64,000 nucleotides of DNA from Octopus sinensis (lineage: Eukaryota). This document shows, one piece after another, positions 1-12,323 of the stretch (within the stretch, counting starts at the first letter, position 1; each line of letters starts with the position of its first letter). The stretch covers positions 9,734,001 through 9,798,000 of the forward strand of contig NC_042998.1 of NCBI RefSeq assembly GCF_006345805.1, written 5' to 3'. The notes under the pieces are model-generated. The model was not told where the DNA came from and did not search any database. It saw only the letters and a program-made list of their open reading frames with translations. Position numbers and translations under genes: made by a program.

Positions 1-295
1 TTGTTGAACTTATTAAACATGTAATAAGTAGCCTAATTATTTAATATTGGTTTAAAATTTTTACTCAAGGCCTGCAATTTCGAAGGATTACGTCAGCCCT
101 AGGGTTCAACTGGTACCTAGTTAATCGACCTGAAAGGATGAAAGGTAAATTTGAACTCAGAATGCAAGACAGATGAAGTACCACTAAATATTCTGCTCAA
201 CATGCTAATGATGCTGCCAGCCAGCTCACTGCCTGTTAGTTAATATTGGTTTCATATTTTGACACAAGGCCAGCAATTTCAGGGAGGGGTTAAGT

Positions 296-514
296 CAGTG
301 CTTTTCAAACTTTTTGCTGGAGTGGAACCCCAAGGAAACATTCCACTGGCTCGGGGAACCCCTGTGCAATAATTTAATAGTTTTATGCACACATATCTGC
401 ACAGGAGAATTAAAAATTACTGCCGATTTTAGCAGTTTTGTAACTTCTTGCAGAACCCCTGGACTGTACTGGCGGAACCCTAAGGTTCTGCGGAACCCTG
501 GTTGAAAACCACTG
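296..514. mobile_element. hAT (Charlie-like) MITE
   Basis: TIRs are cagtgcttttcaaac and gttgaaaaccactg. The right flank is ctctagag; the left flank does not match. Confidence 0.75.
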
Positions 515-1625
515 CTCTAGAGGAATATTTTTGTTGACCACAGTTGAATTTATACTCAGATTGTGAAGATAGAAAAATGCTGCTAAGCATTTTGCCCAGC
601 TTGCTGCCGAAATCATTGTTTTGTGGTTTCTTCATGACTAAACTGTACAATTAAACTGGTTCTTAGACTTGGAGTACAATCCATTGCAATAGCTGTAACG
701 GTATACAATCACTGAAATTTTAGTTGGCAGGCCAACACTCCATCAACTCAACCATTTGTAAATTGCATCTTTTGGTACAGCAATGAAATACTTACACACA
801 ATGTGCTTCTAAGTTTCCAGTTTAATACCTTTATATGATAGAGGTAACTAAGTAAAGATGATTTGGGTTAATCAATAACAAGAATTAATAACAGTTCATT
901 GAAATAATTTATTGTTTGAATTGATGTCCTTTAATTAAATATTTAGTTTTGATCATGAAGATGATAAGTTTGTTTGAAATAATACAAAATAAACAATAAA
1001 CATCTTTATATTTTTTATTTACAATTTGAAAATATATATTATATACATATAATTTAAAAAAGGACATAATAAATTTCATTCATTAAAAATATAATTCGCT
1101 TAAAAATTATATATATTATATATATATATGTTTGTTTTTATGTTCAGTTATAATAAAAACAATTTCACATTAATCTGATAGTTTACTCTATACTTTTGTA
1201 GAGTACAAATTTATTATTCTTAAACAAGACTGTTATTGACAGTGACTTTGAAGTTTTGGCTGGCTAAGCCCTGTCAATAATTTCCTTGTTTTAGAATACT
1301 ACATATACATACTTATATATATATATATGTGTGTGTGTGTATGCACACCTCATATGCCAGTGTATAAGATGAGCTTCTTTTTTCTTTATTCTTAAATTTT
1401 ATGAAAATTTGCAGTGTCCATTGTGACCAAATGATGAATGAGATACTGAGTGTATGAGTATATGATGAAATATATGTTTTTTTTTCCCCATAATATCTAC
1501 TTCCTTTTTCAACAAAACAATAGGGGTTTGTTTAATTAGGGAGTGCATCCTATTATACACCAGCAAATATATTTTATATATATATATATATGGATTAACT
1601 CTTAAAAGAAGAGAGTGTATGTATG

Positions 1626-1664
<39 letters not shown>

Positions 1665-1714
1665 CAAAAACTGTCCGACGAACGGGAATGTGAAACTCAG
1701 AGTAACAGGTTTTG
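1665..1714 (+). ncRNA. Minimal type-I hammerhead ribozyme motif (U4C variant) in a Penelope-like remnant
   Basis: Stem I is caaaaactgt/acaggttttg (9 of 10 pairs). Core CCGACGA, stem II acg-GGAA-tgt, GAAA, near-palindromic stem III ACTC-A-GAGT, and a GUA cleavage triplet. It is followed by AATAAA and flanked on both sides by (TA)n. Confidence 0.7.
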
Positions 1715-3152
1715 TTGAATTTTCTGCTGCTTTTAAATAAAGTATATATATATATATACTCTTTTTTAGGAGTTAATCCATATATTTTATGATATATCTT
1801 ATCAGTGGATAAATTTTCATATCACAACCCTAATAGTAGTCGCCCTGGAGGTAAGAAAATTATCATTTTTGTTTTAAAGAGATATATAAATTTTATATAT
1901 AGTTATAACTGCTGAAATAAATGAATTAGGAAATTAAAAATATTAGTGAGTCTAAATGTGAGAACAATGTGTTTAATTAGTTAAACATGATTTACTAATG
2001 TTTTAGATGTTATATCTCTGCAATGTTAAAGCAAAGAGGATGTGTAGCTTTGCTGAACATTATTTTAAATGGATTATTAAAATCAGCAAAGAAAAATAAG
2101 CTCAGCTGGGTGTTAAGCAAAGTTTTGTTCTCTGTCTGCCACTGTTAACCTCTCTTATTCTTAGTAGTCTTTCAAGTCCTAGAAAGACAATTCCACAATT
2201 TCTTGTTGAAGAATCCACACTAATGATTTGTTTATAATCAAGTGTTTGTGCTGTACATAAGCTGACTTCTTCCATGAAATCAACATTACCTGTACAGGTG
2301 CTTTATGTGCTACTTGTCAGATGTCAAAATGATTGCCGAGTAAAGTAAAGTATTTTGCTCAAGAACACAACATACCTCCTATCTGGAATTTGAAACCATG
2401 ATCTTGCGATTGTGATCGCAACCCCCTAACCACTAACCTATGAACCCTCACCTTTATAGTTAGTTGCAAAGTCAATCCTACTGTTTTAAGTATAGTATTT
2501 CAGGCAATGACTCCGAATGCTGTGAGTAGCCAGGAATATAAGCCACATACAATGATGGCTTGTATTAAATAATATGTAAGATTTATTATTTGGAAATCTG
2601 ATTAGCAATAATGATAGATTTATACATAGTTCAAGCAGTAGTGTTTTATAATTGCTCAAATTAATTGAGAAAGTATTGCATTTTAAAGGATTCCCTTTCG
2701 TCTCTGAAAAGATGAGTATGTGATACAGGTTAAAAAAACTAAATGAAGTGAATCTATTAGAATTTACTTTGAAGTATCTAAATATTACTGAACAATTCAG
2801 AGCAGTGCTTCCACAATGTTGCCTGTTGTTCATATTTTGCAAAGAGTATTACATGCAACCTGTTGGATGTTGTTATATATAAAATATGGGAACAAAGTTG
2901 CAAAGTAAAAATATCAGCAGGATTAATCATTAAAAGATTAAAAAAAATATTGGAAAAAATTGTGAGGATAGAAGAATTACAAGAAGCACAATTTACAGAT
3001 TAAAAAACAAAACAAAACAAAACAAAAACAAATCAATTCTTCAATAGTCTGGAAGCCTATCAACGTAGTAAGTTGATCCAGTTTAAAAATGACATAAAAA
3101 GTATTTTCTCAAATCAATCAATGAAATTTGTTTTTCACAAAATTGATAAGAA

Positions 3153-3313
3153 TTAGATTGATATGTCACTACTCCGAGACTCTAATTCTGTGCTATGTGT
3201 AACAGTTGGGACAGGATCAGATGATGAAGCTCGATGCTTAGAGGAAGTATTTGGTGATTTGCGTGCAAGATTCAGAATAGATGTATCAAACAGAAAGAAA
3301 CCGATGGATGCAC
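3153..3313 (-). CDS. SLC31A2: Ctr copper transporter last coding exon (GxxxG, Ser-rich tail, TAA stop)
   Basis: catgtttcag|GT GCA TCC ATC GGT...ATC TAA. Translates GASIGFFLFDTSILNLARKSPNTSSKHRASSSDPVPTVTHSTELESRSSDISI*. It completes MxxxM-x12-GxxxG exactly. Total CDS is 555 nt. This exon is not in the ORF track. Confidence 0.92.
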
Positions 3314-3396
3314 CTGAAACATGTAGAAGATAAAAATTGTCAGAGAAAATTACAAATGAATTTTTGAAAAAAAAAACAAACCAAACACTGTTTTAA

Positions 3397-3615
3397 ACAT
3401 TTAGTATTTAAACCGGCCATATCTGGCCAAAATATTTAATCTGTTTTATGTTCAGACTGACCAGATCCAGGCTCTCACACCTACCCTACAATGTTATTCT
3501 ACATTAAGTAATTACACCATCAAGATCTTGAAGATATGAGATAATGCATGATTAATTCAAATCAATGGGAATCAATAAGCATTATGTTTGCTAGAATAAT
3601 CAGAACACTAAAGGG
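3397..3615. mobile_element. piggyBac-like MITE, family 1
   Basis: TTAA lies on both sides and the element ends in taaaggg. Other copies at 32496-33040 and about 44000-45105 are interrupted by SINEs. Confidence 0.7.
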
Positions 3616-3658
3616 TTAAACCTTGTAAAGAATTATGTATGTGTGTGTGTGTGTGTCG

Positions 3659-3689
<31 letters not shown>

Positions 3690-4814
3690 ATCAAAATGAG
3701 CAACAAGGATATCCAAGGTAGTGTAGTACAATTGTTTCATGCTACTTCATTTTAAATACTGTAAGTATTACATCAGTTTTAAAATGTTGAGCAATCTTCA
3801 GCCACATATAGAATTTTTTAATTAAATGGACAATATGTATTTTTATACTTATTTCATTTGCTAACATTACAAAGAGGGTAGATATATAGATAGAGAGGTT
3901 AATTTCATCATTAAGAACATGGTAGTAGAATGTCCTTCCCCATATGTAGATTTTTTGACCGCGTGTGTACTGTTGGCGATTTTTTTCCTCCGTCTTCCCT
4001 TCTTTGGATCTTTCCTTTTCCTATGTTTCTGACAAAGAGCTCCGCTTGAAATGGTAAAGCCTCCTTCTTTCCTGAGCGTCCAATAACATTATACTTGTTC
4101 CACGTCCTCGCGTTGTACTCTTTCGCCACAACTTTCTCTCACTCTCTCTTCCTGTTTCTTGAGTTAAGCTGCGATGGACTGGCGTCCCGTCCAGCTTAGG
4201 GGAACACATACGCCACGGAAACCGGGAAACCAGGCCCATGAGCCTAGCTAAGCTTGAAAAGGGCAAAAGAAGAAGAATATATATTAAGTCCTGGGGTCAA
4301 TTTGTTCGACTAAAGGTGGTGCTCTAGCATGGCCGCAGTCAAATGACTGAAACAAGAAGAAATTCTGTTCTTGTGGCATTTTCATGTTGTCTACATAACC
4401 TGGAATTCATGTTGTTGATTTCATATCCTTAATAATACCAAGTTTATCTTTTTGGTACATGATTTGCTGTTTTTGAGTAAGGTTTGTGAATTATAGTTTT
4501 CTTCAAGGATGGGTTATTCATAAAATATTCTTTTTAACTTCAGTTTCATAATTATGGAATTAATTAGTATTTTTCTCTCATCTCTGAAAAGATGTCAACT
4601 CTTCATTTTGGCACTGTTCTATCCAAAGTTCGTATATAGTGAGTCTTCAGCTTTTTTTAAACTCTCTCACCCCCACCCCCACCCCTCACACACAGCATGT
4701 GAAGGAGAATATGTGAATTCAAGACAATTACTTCAGGTCAGCACTCGTGAATCCTGGCTAGAATGTTTTTTTTTACTGGGTCACTTTTCTTTCTGTATAG
4801 ATACATTAATACCA

Positions 4815-5146
4815 TGCTGAGACCCCCTTCGGTCATGACAGACCATGGGATTGCACCTAGAAAGTTACCCTCCAAGGCACAAGTCCGGGCAAGGTTGTTT
4901 ATGGAAGACCAGCAGTCGCCCATGCATACCAGCCTCCCCTCTCCACGTTATGCAAGGGAAAGGCAAAGGGGCCGATACAGCTTGGCATCAGTGACATTGC
5001 AACTGATTGCTACAGTTGAGTGAACTGAAGCAACGTGAAATAAAGTGTCTTGGTCAAGAATACAACACGCAGCCCGATCTGGGATTCGAACTCACAACCT
5101 CACGATCGTAAGCTCAATGCTGTAACCACTGAGCCATGCACCTTCA
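4815..5146 (-). mobile_element. tRNA-derived SINE-E
   Basis: Minus head is tgaaggtgcatggctcagtggtt...gagttcgaatccc. A second copy is at 21958-22297. Confidence 0.85.
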
Positions 5147-5425
5147 TGCCATATAAACAAATTAATCCCACTCTCTGCCTTTCTACTGGCCATCTTTAGT
5201 GTCATTTCCCTTGTTTCATTAACCATCAATCCCTTTACATCTTATTGACATTCACCACTCTCTTGCCATCACTATCTCAACTACTTATCACTCAGACTCT
5301 TACCTCCACTCCATTACTCTTCTGTACTGTTACCACCTACTCTCCCTCAGTATTGACATTCTTCAATTATAAACCTGGACCTTGTGAAAGGATTTGGTAA
5401 ACTGACCTAGAGAAGCTAGCTGTGC

Positions 5426-5459
<34 letters not shown>

Positions 5460-6026
5460 CGAGAGATTCATATATATAAACTTTACAAGGGAACAAAGTG
5501 GTACCGGGATTGCTAGAAATAAGAGTCAAAATGACTCAATTAACCACGAAAAGCACTATCTTAATAAGTTGATGAAAGAGAGGAAAGTGAGAAAGCTCTG
5601 TACTGTATTGAGACAAGCTCCCTACTGAGGTAGGAGGTATACCCATATAACGTGATTTCGAATCCTGATGCATGGCATCTCAATTCTCATTAGTGGATCT
5701 TACTGTGCCTAGGGTTAAGCATAATTCACCTTGTCAACACATAAGAAAAACTGTTGAAAGCACGTGCTATTTCAAAATAGTAGAAGCTTTTTGTGGTTAA
5801 TTGAGTCATTTTGACTCTTATTTCTAGCAAAGTTGGTACCACTTTGTACCCTTGTTCACTTTAGTGAGATTTATAAATTTGCTTTTAGGTTTTAATTGCT
5901 AAGTCACCTACATTATTTATAGTATACATCATCATCATCGTTTAACGTCCGCTTTCCATGCTAGCATGGGTTGGATGATTTGACTGAGGACTGGCGAACC
6001 AAATGGCTGCACCAGGCTCCAATCTG

Positions 6027-6655
6027 ATCTAGCAGAGTTTCTACAGCTGGATGCCCTTCCTAATGCCAACCACTCCGAGAGTGTAGTGGGTGCTTTTATG
6101 TGCCACCAGCACAAGGGCCAGTCAGGTGGTACTGGCAACGACCATGCTCAAATGGTGTTTTTTACGTGCCACCTGCACAGGAGCCAGTCCAGCAGCACTG
6201 GCAACGACCTTGCTCGATTGTTTTTTTTCCCGTGCCACCAGCAGAAGTGCCAGTAAGGCAACACTGGTAACGATCACGCTCAAATGGTGCTTTTATGTGC
6301 CACCAGCACGGAAGCCAGTTTGCTGCTCTGGCAATGATCCCACTCAGATGGTGCTCTTGGCACTCCTCTAGCACGGATGCCAGTCATAAAAGCACCATTT
6401 GAGCGTGATCGTTACCAGTGTTGCCTTACTGGCACTTCTGCTGGTGGCACGGGAAAAAAAACAATCGAGCAAGGTCGTTGCCAGTGCTGCTGGACTGGCT
6501 CCTGTGCAGGTGGCACGTAAAAAACACCATTTGAGCATGGTCGTTGCCAGTACCACCTGACTGGCCCTTGTGCTGGTGGCACATAAAAGCACCCACTACA
6601 CTCTCGGAGTGGTTGGCATTAGGAAGGGCATCCAGCTGTAGAAACTCTGCTAGAT
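6027..6655. repeat. Perfect 271-bp inverted duplication with 87-bp spacer
   Basis: 6027-6297 is the exact reverse complement of 6385-6655 on base-by-base reading. Confidence 0.97.
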
Positions 6656-6699
6656 ATATATATATATATATATTCATAGAAAAAAGAAGTTGAAAATGC

Positions 6700-7126
6700 A
6701 CTGCGAATCATTTAGACTTAACGAATTTCACATATTTCTGATTTTCAAAAGTTGAGATAGAAAGACAAGGTGCTGTGCTGCAACTGTCTTGCACTATATG
6801 CAGATAAGCGGAAAGTGTAACCTCTCGAAAGAGCTGTTCTTCACTCCTGCTCCAGAGCATTGGCTGTGGGATCATTCTGAAAAGCTCTATCTGCGACGAT
6901 TTCATCTCAATCGAAGGAGAGGGGCTTTCTCCGTCCGGGTTGCGGATCCGTGGAATAAGCTGCCAGACGAGATGGTGAAGATGCCGACGACTGCTCGGTT
7001 CAAAGTCTCCCTTGACCTCAAGTGGCCTGAACTCTTTACGTGAACACCACCCTGTACATAACTCCATGTCCCCCTACATGGCCTTGCTTTTTGCTTTTTG
7101 AGCCAAAAAATTAACTAACTAACTAA
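6700..7126 (+). mobile_element. CR1-type LINE 3' fragment with (TAAC)n tail
   Basis: ORF2 C-terminus KLYLRRFHLNRRRGAFSVRVADPWNKLPDEMV. A second copy is at 59958-60259. Confidence 0.85.
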
Positions 7127-7193
7127 GTTGCAGCACAGGGAACATGCTTATTTCAATATGATAAATAAATATAAAAAAATCTATCTTACTCAC

Positions 7194-7309
7194 CCAAAAG
7201 GACTGCGATTGCAAGCCATCCATTGAAAGTCATAACCATTAACATGATCAGGTAACCAATAAAGGTGAGCAACATGTGTATAACAGTTTCTGCTAAGTAG
7301 TATAAGCGT
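7194..7309 (-). CDS. SLC31A2: Ctr copper transporter coding exon 3 (TM2 with MxxxM, start of TM3), 116 bp
   Basis: attttccag|A CGC TTA...TTG G|gtgagt. Translates RLYYLAETVIHMLLTFIGYLIMLMVMTFNGWLAIAVLL-G, with MLMVM as the MxxxM pore motif. Confidence 0.96.
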
Positions 7310-8099
7310 CTGGAAAATATTAAAGATTGAAAAGATGGGATAGACTGAATTCCAATGAAAGGAATAACTGGAACTGTTAATGTAAGAGTACTGCAAAGAA
7401 ACAAGATATCAGAAAGTATGGGGTGGGCCAAAAGTCATGCACCAATAAGTTCAATATGCTCCAGAATTGTCAAAGACATGCTTCAGTTTTTCTAAAACTG
7501 AATGAAACAAATAAAACAAGAGCACTCAGAGAGCACAAACCTCTGCCAAGGTAACACCAATGTCCTCTCAATTATTAGCCAGAGATGATTTTTAAAATGA
7601 GAATATCTGAAATTATTTCGACTGCTCTTACAAATGTGAATACTAAAATTAAGCCTGAATGCTCTCAAAAATTAAGTAAAAAAACAGGAAAAATAATCTA
7701 GAATCCTTATCCAGTACCGGATCGATCCCCAAATCTAATCAGTTTGTGCCAGTTACGAGGCCAAACATTTAAACGCTGGTAACGATCACACTCGAATGGT
7801 GCTTTTTACATGCCACCGGCACAGAAGTCAGTCAGCTGCTCAGGCAACGATCACACTCGGATGTTGCTCTTAGCACTCCACTAGCACAGATGCCAGTTAT
7901 CGAATTTGATTTCGATTTCACTTGCCTCAGCAGGTCTTCGCAAGCAGAGTTTAGTGTCCAATGAAGGAAAGTTACACATAAGTGGGCTGGTTACACCCCT
8001 GGCATAGGCCATGAGGTTATGGATATGCAACAGTATATTATATTAGACAATTACACTACTCTGTTCTGTAGTACATTATGTCATGACAATACTGCATTT

Positions 8100-8520
8100 A
8101 TTACAGTACATCACTGGATGGGTAACGTCATTGTGCATAAATGATATGAGAGAAAAACTGGGTATGCGTAGCATTAGATGCAGGGTGCAAGAGAGAAGAC
8201 TGCATTTGTATGGTCATGTAGAGTGTATGAATGAAGAAGCACCAAAAGGTGCTGATCTCTCATTGTAGAGGGAACTTGTGGGTAGGGTAGACCCAAGAAG
8301 ATATGGGATGAAGTGGTGAAAAAGGATCTACAGGCACTTCTGCATACAGGCTTGTCCCCTGCAACCCTCTCCAGCTGAGCATCCCTAATCTTGCAAGCTT
8401 GTAGGTGTTGGTGCCACATAAAAAGTACCCATGTTAGTGCTGCATGAATGCACCCAGTACACTCTGTAAAGTGGTTGGCATTAGGAAGGGCATCCAGCAT
8501 GGGAAACGGATGTTAAATGA
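8100..8520 (+). mobile_element. RTE LINE ORF2 end plus truncated 3' UTR
   Basis: MREKLGMRSIRCRVQERRLHLYGHVECM and a GRGRPKKIWDEVVKKD-like stretch. Confidence 0.8.
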
Positions 8521-8525
8521 AAATA

Positions 8526-8937
8526 AGGCGAGCTGGCAGAAACGTTAGCATGCTGGGCGAAATGTGTAGTCGTATTTCGTCTGCCGTTACGTTCTGAGTT
8601 GAAATTCCGCCGAGGTCAACTTTGCCTTTCATCCTTTCAGGGTCAATAAATTAAGTACCAGTTACGCACTGGGGTCGATGTAATCGACTTAATCCATTTG
8701 TCTGTCTTTGTTTGTCCTCTCTGTGTTTAGCCCCTTGTGGGTAGTAAAGAAATAGGTATTTCGTCTGTCCTATGTTCTGAGTTCAAATTCTGCCGAGGTC
8801 GACTTTGCCTTTCATCCTTTCGGGGTCAATAAATTAAGTACCAGTTACGCACTGGGGTCGATGTAATCGACTTAATCCATTTGTCTGTCTTTGTTTGTGC
8901 TTTCTGTGTTTAGCCCCTTGTGGGTAGTAAAGAAATA
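8526..8937 (+). mobile_element. SINE-A dimer (one head, two body units)
   Basis: Head ggcgagctggcagaaacg and B-box gagttcaaattc. The body is repeated through the junction gaaata-gg-tatttc. Confidence 0.88.
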
Positions 8938-9127
8938 GTTAAATGAAAATAATGATGATACTGACTGCACTATACTACACAACCAATTGCACACAAGAAA
9001 AAAAGCAACTATTTCTTTATGCTCTCCCAATTCTTTATTACACCTGCAACTATACTCCATAAAGCTGTTTACAACAATAATAGCAATAACACTATCACCA
9101 TGTTCTGACAGAAGGAAGAGGTAAAAG

Positions 9128-9538
9128 TATCTTTATCTTTATCTTTATCTTTTACTTGTTTCAGTCATTTGACTGCGGCCATGCTGGGGCACCGCCTTTT
9201 AGTCGAGCAAATCGACCCCGGGACTTATTCTTTGTAAGCCCAGTACTTATTCTATCGGTCTCTTTTGGCCGAACCGCTAAGTAACGGGGACATAAACACA
9301 CCAGCATTGGTTGTCAAGCAATGCTAGGGGGACAAACACAAACACACACGCATATATATATATATACATATATACGACAGGCTTCTTTCAGGTTCCATCT
9401 ACCAAATCCACTCACAAGGCATTGGTCAGCCCGGGGCTATAGCAGAAGACACTTGCCCAAGATGCCACGCAGTGGGACTGAACCCGGAACCATGTGGTTG
9501 GTTAGCAAGCTACTTACCACACAGCCACTCCTGCGCCT
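9128..9538 (-). mobile_element. SINE-B (tRNA head, CORE-like ttgggcaagt, internal (TA)n(TG)n, aagtaaaaga tail)
   Basis: Full-length young copy starting 74 bp from the donor of the 208-bp exon. Confidence 0.92.
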
Positions 9539-9612
9539 ATAGTCATTTATAAAGTGAAACATAATGTCTATGTCATACAGAAATGATATAAAATAAAGCT
9601 AAGTGTACTAAC

Positions 9613-9820
9613 CGTTTCCTTTTTATTATGCTACCTGACAGAGGTGATATTAGGGATTGTAAGGAATTCGACGGTGAATTTTCTGATGTTGATCCAGTCT
9701 CTTCTTGGCTATATAAAATAGGATTCTGGCGAGCTTTTACATGGATGAATGCATGTAGCAACCGGATGGCATCATAGATTATTGCTACCATTGTAGTCAC
9801 ACTGAACATTACTATCATAC
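9613..9820 (-). CDS. SLC31A2: Ctr copper transporter coding exon 2 (TM1 and cytoplasmic loop), 208 bp
   Basis: ttattttccag|GT ATG ATA...AAA CG|gttagt. Translates GMIVMFSVTTMVAIIYDAIRLLHAFIHVKARQNPILYSQEETGSTSENSPSNSLQSLISPLSGSIIKRK-R. Phase 1 in and phase 2 out match the neighbouring exons. Confidence 0.93.
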
Positions 9821-10149
9821 CTGGAAAATAAATTAAAAGAGACATATTAATCTATTCGGCAATAGTCACTCTTCTTTGTAAATATCCATGGACTCAATCC
9901 AAATTTTACTCTGTCCGTCCCTATCACTTACCAACATTGAAATGACATGCACTATTCCTTTCTCAGACACAAATTTTGAAGACATTTCTTCTGCCCAGGT
10001 AACACTATATTCCAAATTTTCTTTAAGGCAGTGACTAAAATCTACATGCCCTATCATATAGCTCTTTGATCTGGGTGTAAATGACAGTTACTTTGGTTCA
10101 AGGTCTCTCTTTACCATTCCTCTAAAGTCATCTACTGTCTTAATTCTCC

Positions 10150-10900
10150 AGGCTCCAACACTTTATCAACTCCTTTAAGAAGAACAACTGTTTCAAATTT
10201 CTCTTTCTGAAGCCATCAAAGCTCTCATCAACAATTGCAATGCACACAATTTGTCTTGGCACTTGTACTATTTCCACACCAACACAGATAGCATAAAACA
10301 AATATTTTGTCAACCGTAACCCATCATACCAATTAGTCTTTCACCTAGATATATTCCTAACCAATTAACCAGTTCTCCACGAACTCTTTAACTTTCCTTC
10401 ATTGTCTTTGTTCCTGTAGGATCAACTGACAACATTTTATAATCCTATCAAACAACAGCAGCTCTCTAAACAGTAATGAACTAAAATTCTGGCAGTAGAA
10501 ATGCTTCACTTCTGATTCATTCAAGCCATCACCAAGAGAGTGATACCATTTTATGTCCCTCACACACCAAAGGTTCATAACCAAAAAGTCTCAAGTCATT
10601 TTCTTGCAGCTTTATGAATGAAGAACATTTCCTAAAATACTAGGAAGGAATCACCCATCAATATAAACCTTCACCCACCATTGCAATGCCTGTAAGTTAA
10701 CTGTCGAGAAGGCAAAAGCTGCCTTTGTGCATTATTCAGTTAGCAATGTCTGCTACCATACTAATCATGGCAGAACTTTCTAGCTTCTTGTCAAGAATTT
10801 CTGCTAAATTTGCAGATCTTTCAACTCAGCGCTTCACAAGATGGCTCTGTAAGTAGACTCCTGCTGGAGTAAATTAAAAGGTAGTTGAGGTAGTTAAGCA
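10150..10900 (+). mobile_element. Highly decayed LINE ORF2 (AP-endonuclease region, CR1/Crack-like)
   Basis: Hand translation gives ordered remnants NNCNAHNLSW (GDFNAHN-like), LDIFLTN and PVGSTDN (PLGSSDH-like), with stops and frameshifts. Confidence 0.5.
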
Positions 10901-10995
10901 GAACATTCATGATATAACAAACAAGTAAAAATACAGAAGAGCTGAGGTAACCACCAGAGTATTTAAGAAGCAAATGACAAAAGCCTATTCAAAAA

Positions 10996-11398
10996 AGGTG
11001 CAGGAGTGGCTGTGTGGTAAGTAGCTTGCTAACCAACCACATGGTTCCGGGTTCAGTCCCACTGTGTGGCATCTTGGGCAGGTGTCTTCTGCTATAGCCT
11101 CGGGCCGACCAAAGCCTTGTGAGTGGATTTGGTAGATGGAAACTGAAAGAAGCCCGTCGTATATATGTATATGTGTGTGTGTATGTTTGTGTGTCTGTGT
11201 TTGTCCCCCTAGCATTGCTTGACAACCGATGCTGGTGTGTTTACGTTCCCGTTACTTAGCGGTTCGGCAAAAGAGACCGATAGAATAAGTACTGGGCTTA
11301 CAAAGAATAAGTCCCGGGGTCGATTTGCTCGACTAAAGGCGGTGCTCCAGCATGGCCGCAGTCAAATGACTGAAACAAGTAAAAGAGAGAGAGAGAGT
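10996..11398 (+). mobile_element. SINE-B full length
   Basis: aggtgcaggagtggctgtgtgg...gactgaaacaagtaaaagaga. Confidence 0.92.
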
Positions 11399-12323
11399 AT
11401 GATATATAGTAAACTATGACAGACATTTAGGGAAAACCCTTAAATGAATAATCTGATACCAAAGACATGTCAGAATGGTAGACAGCAGAAGTATAAAGCT
11501 GTGAGACTATTATAATAACATGGCTTTGGTAAAACAGTTAATTTGAGTGAACTGATGAAGCAAATATCCTGAAAGCAGAGTGTATTTGTTACCCTTTGTT
11601 TTCACTTCAGAAAATGCAAGTCAGGTATAGTAATATGCTTTACTTAAAGGTCATAATGCAATTTCAGAAAAGATTTGGAATTATGATTTTGTAATACGCT
11701 GGTTCAGAATCCAATTCACCAGAGTCATTGTATCCCTATTTTGTTTCTGTAGTTCATTTAGTAAAACTGAAGTTAAGTACCATGGAGAGTATCTCAATGG
11801 TTCATAAATTCAGAGCTTTATTCTGGTTTTGTAGCATGGAGAAGATGAGAGATAAATCTACCATTTGGATAGTCTATCACCAGCAATATTCTCAGAAAAT
11901 CCCAGTACCTATTTTATCTAGATATCAAATGAATAGCCATGCAGCTCCTACAAGAACCTGCTCTGCCTTTCATCCCTTGTCTAAGGCTGACCTCCACCTC
12001 CCTCGGGGTTCAAAGTTTTGCATGCTGCTTGGTGACTGCAACAGTGTTGGTGGCATGAAAAAAGAATCCAGTACATGCTGTAAAGTGGTTACCATTAGGC
12101 AGACACAGGAGCATGATGCAATCCTTGAATCCATCAGATTCTTGTCCATCCAACCCATGCTAGTACAGAGCATGGATGTTAAATGATGATGATGTTTGAA
12201 TGAATGAATGAAATGGGGCAAGTAAAATTTAAAATCTTTCCTAGAAACAAATACCTATAGAAAATTTTATCTTAAGATACAAGACTTAATAGTTCAGCAT
12301 CTGATTTATTCTTTTAGTAATAA

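Noticed and set aside
2486-2842. 118-aa minus-strand ORF downstream of the transporter stop
   Set aside because: TTG start, AT-rich composition and no recognisable motif. It is probably 3' UTR or flank.
5080-5146. tRNA-like sequences here and at ~22230-22297, 24030-24085 and 28225-28289
   Set aside because: They have A and B boxes but no complete cloverleaf or terminator, and they run into SINE bodies. They are not tRNA genes.
11552-11574. CTGATGA...GAAA hammerhead-like core
   Set aside because: Stem II is only 2 bp and I could not build a convincing stem III or stem I.
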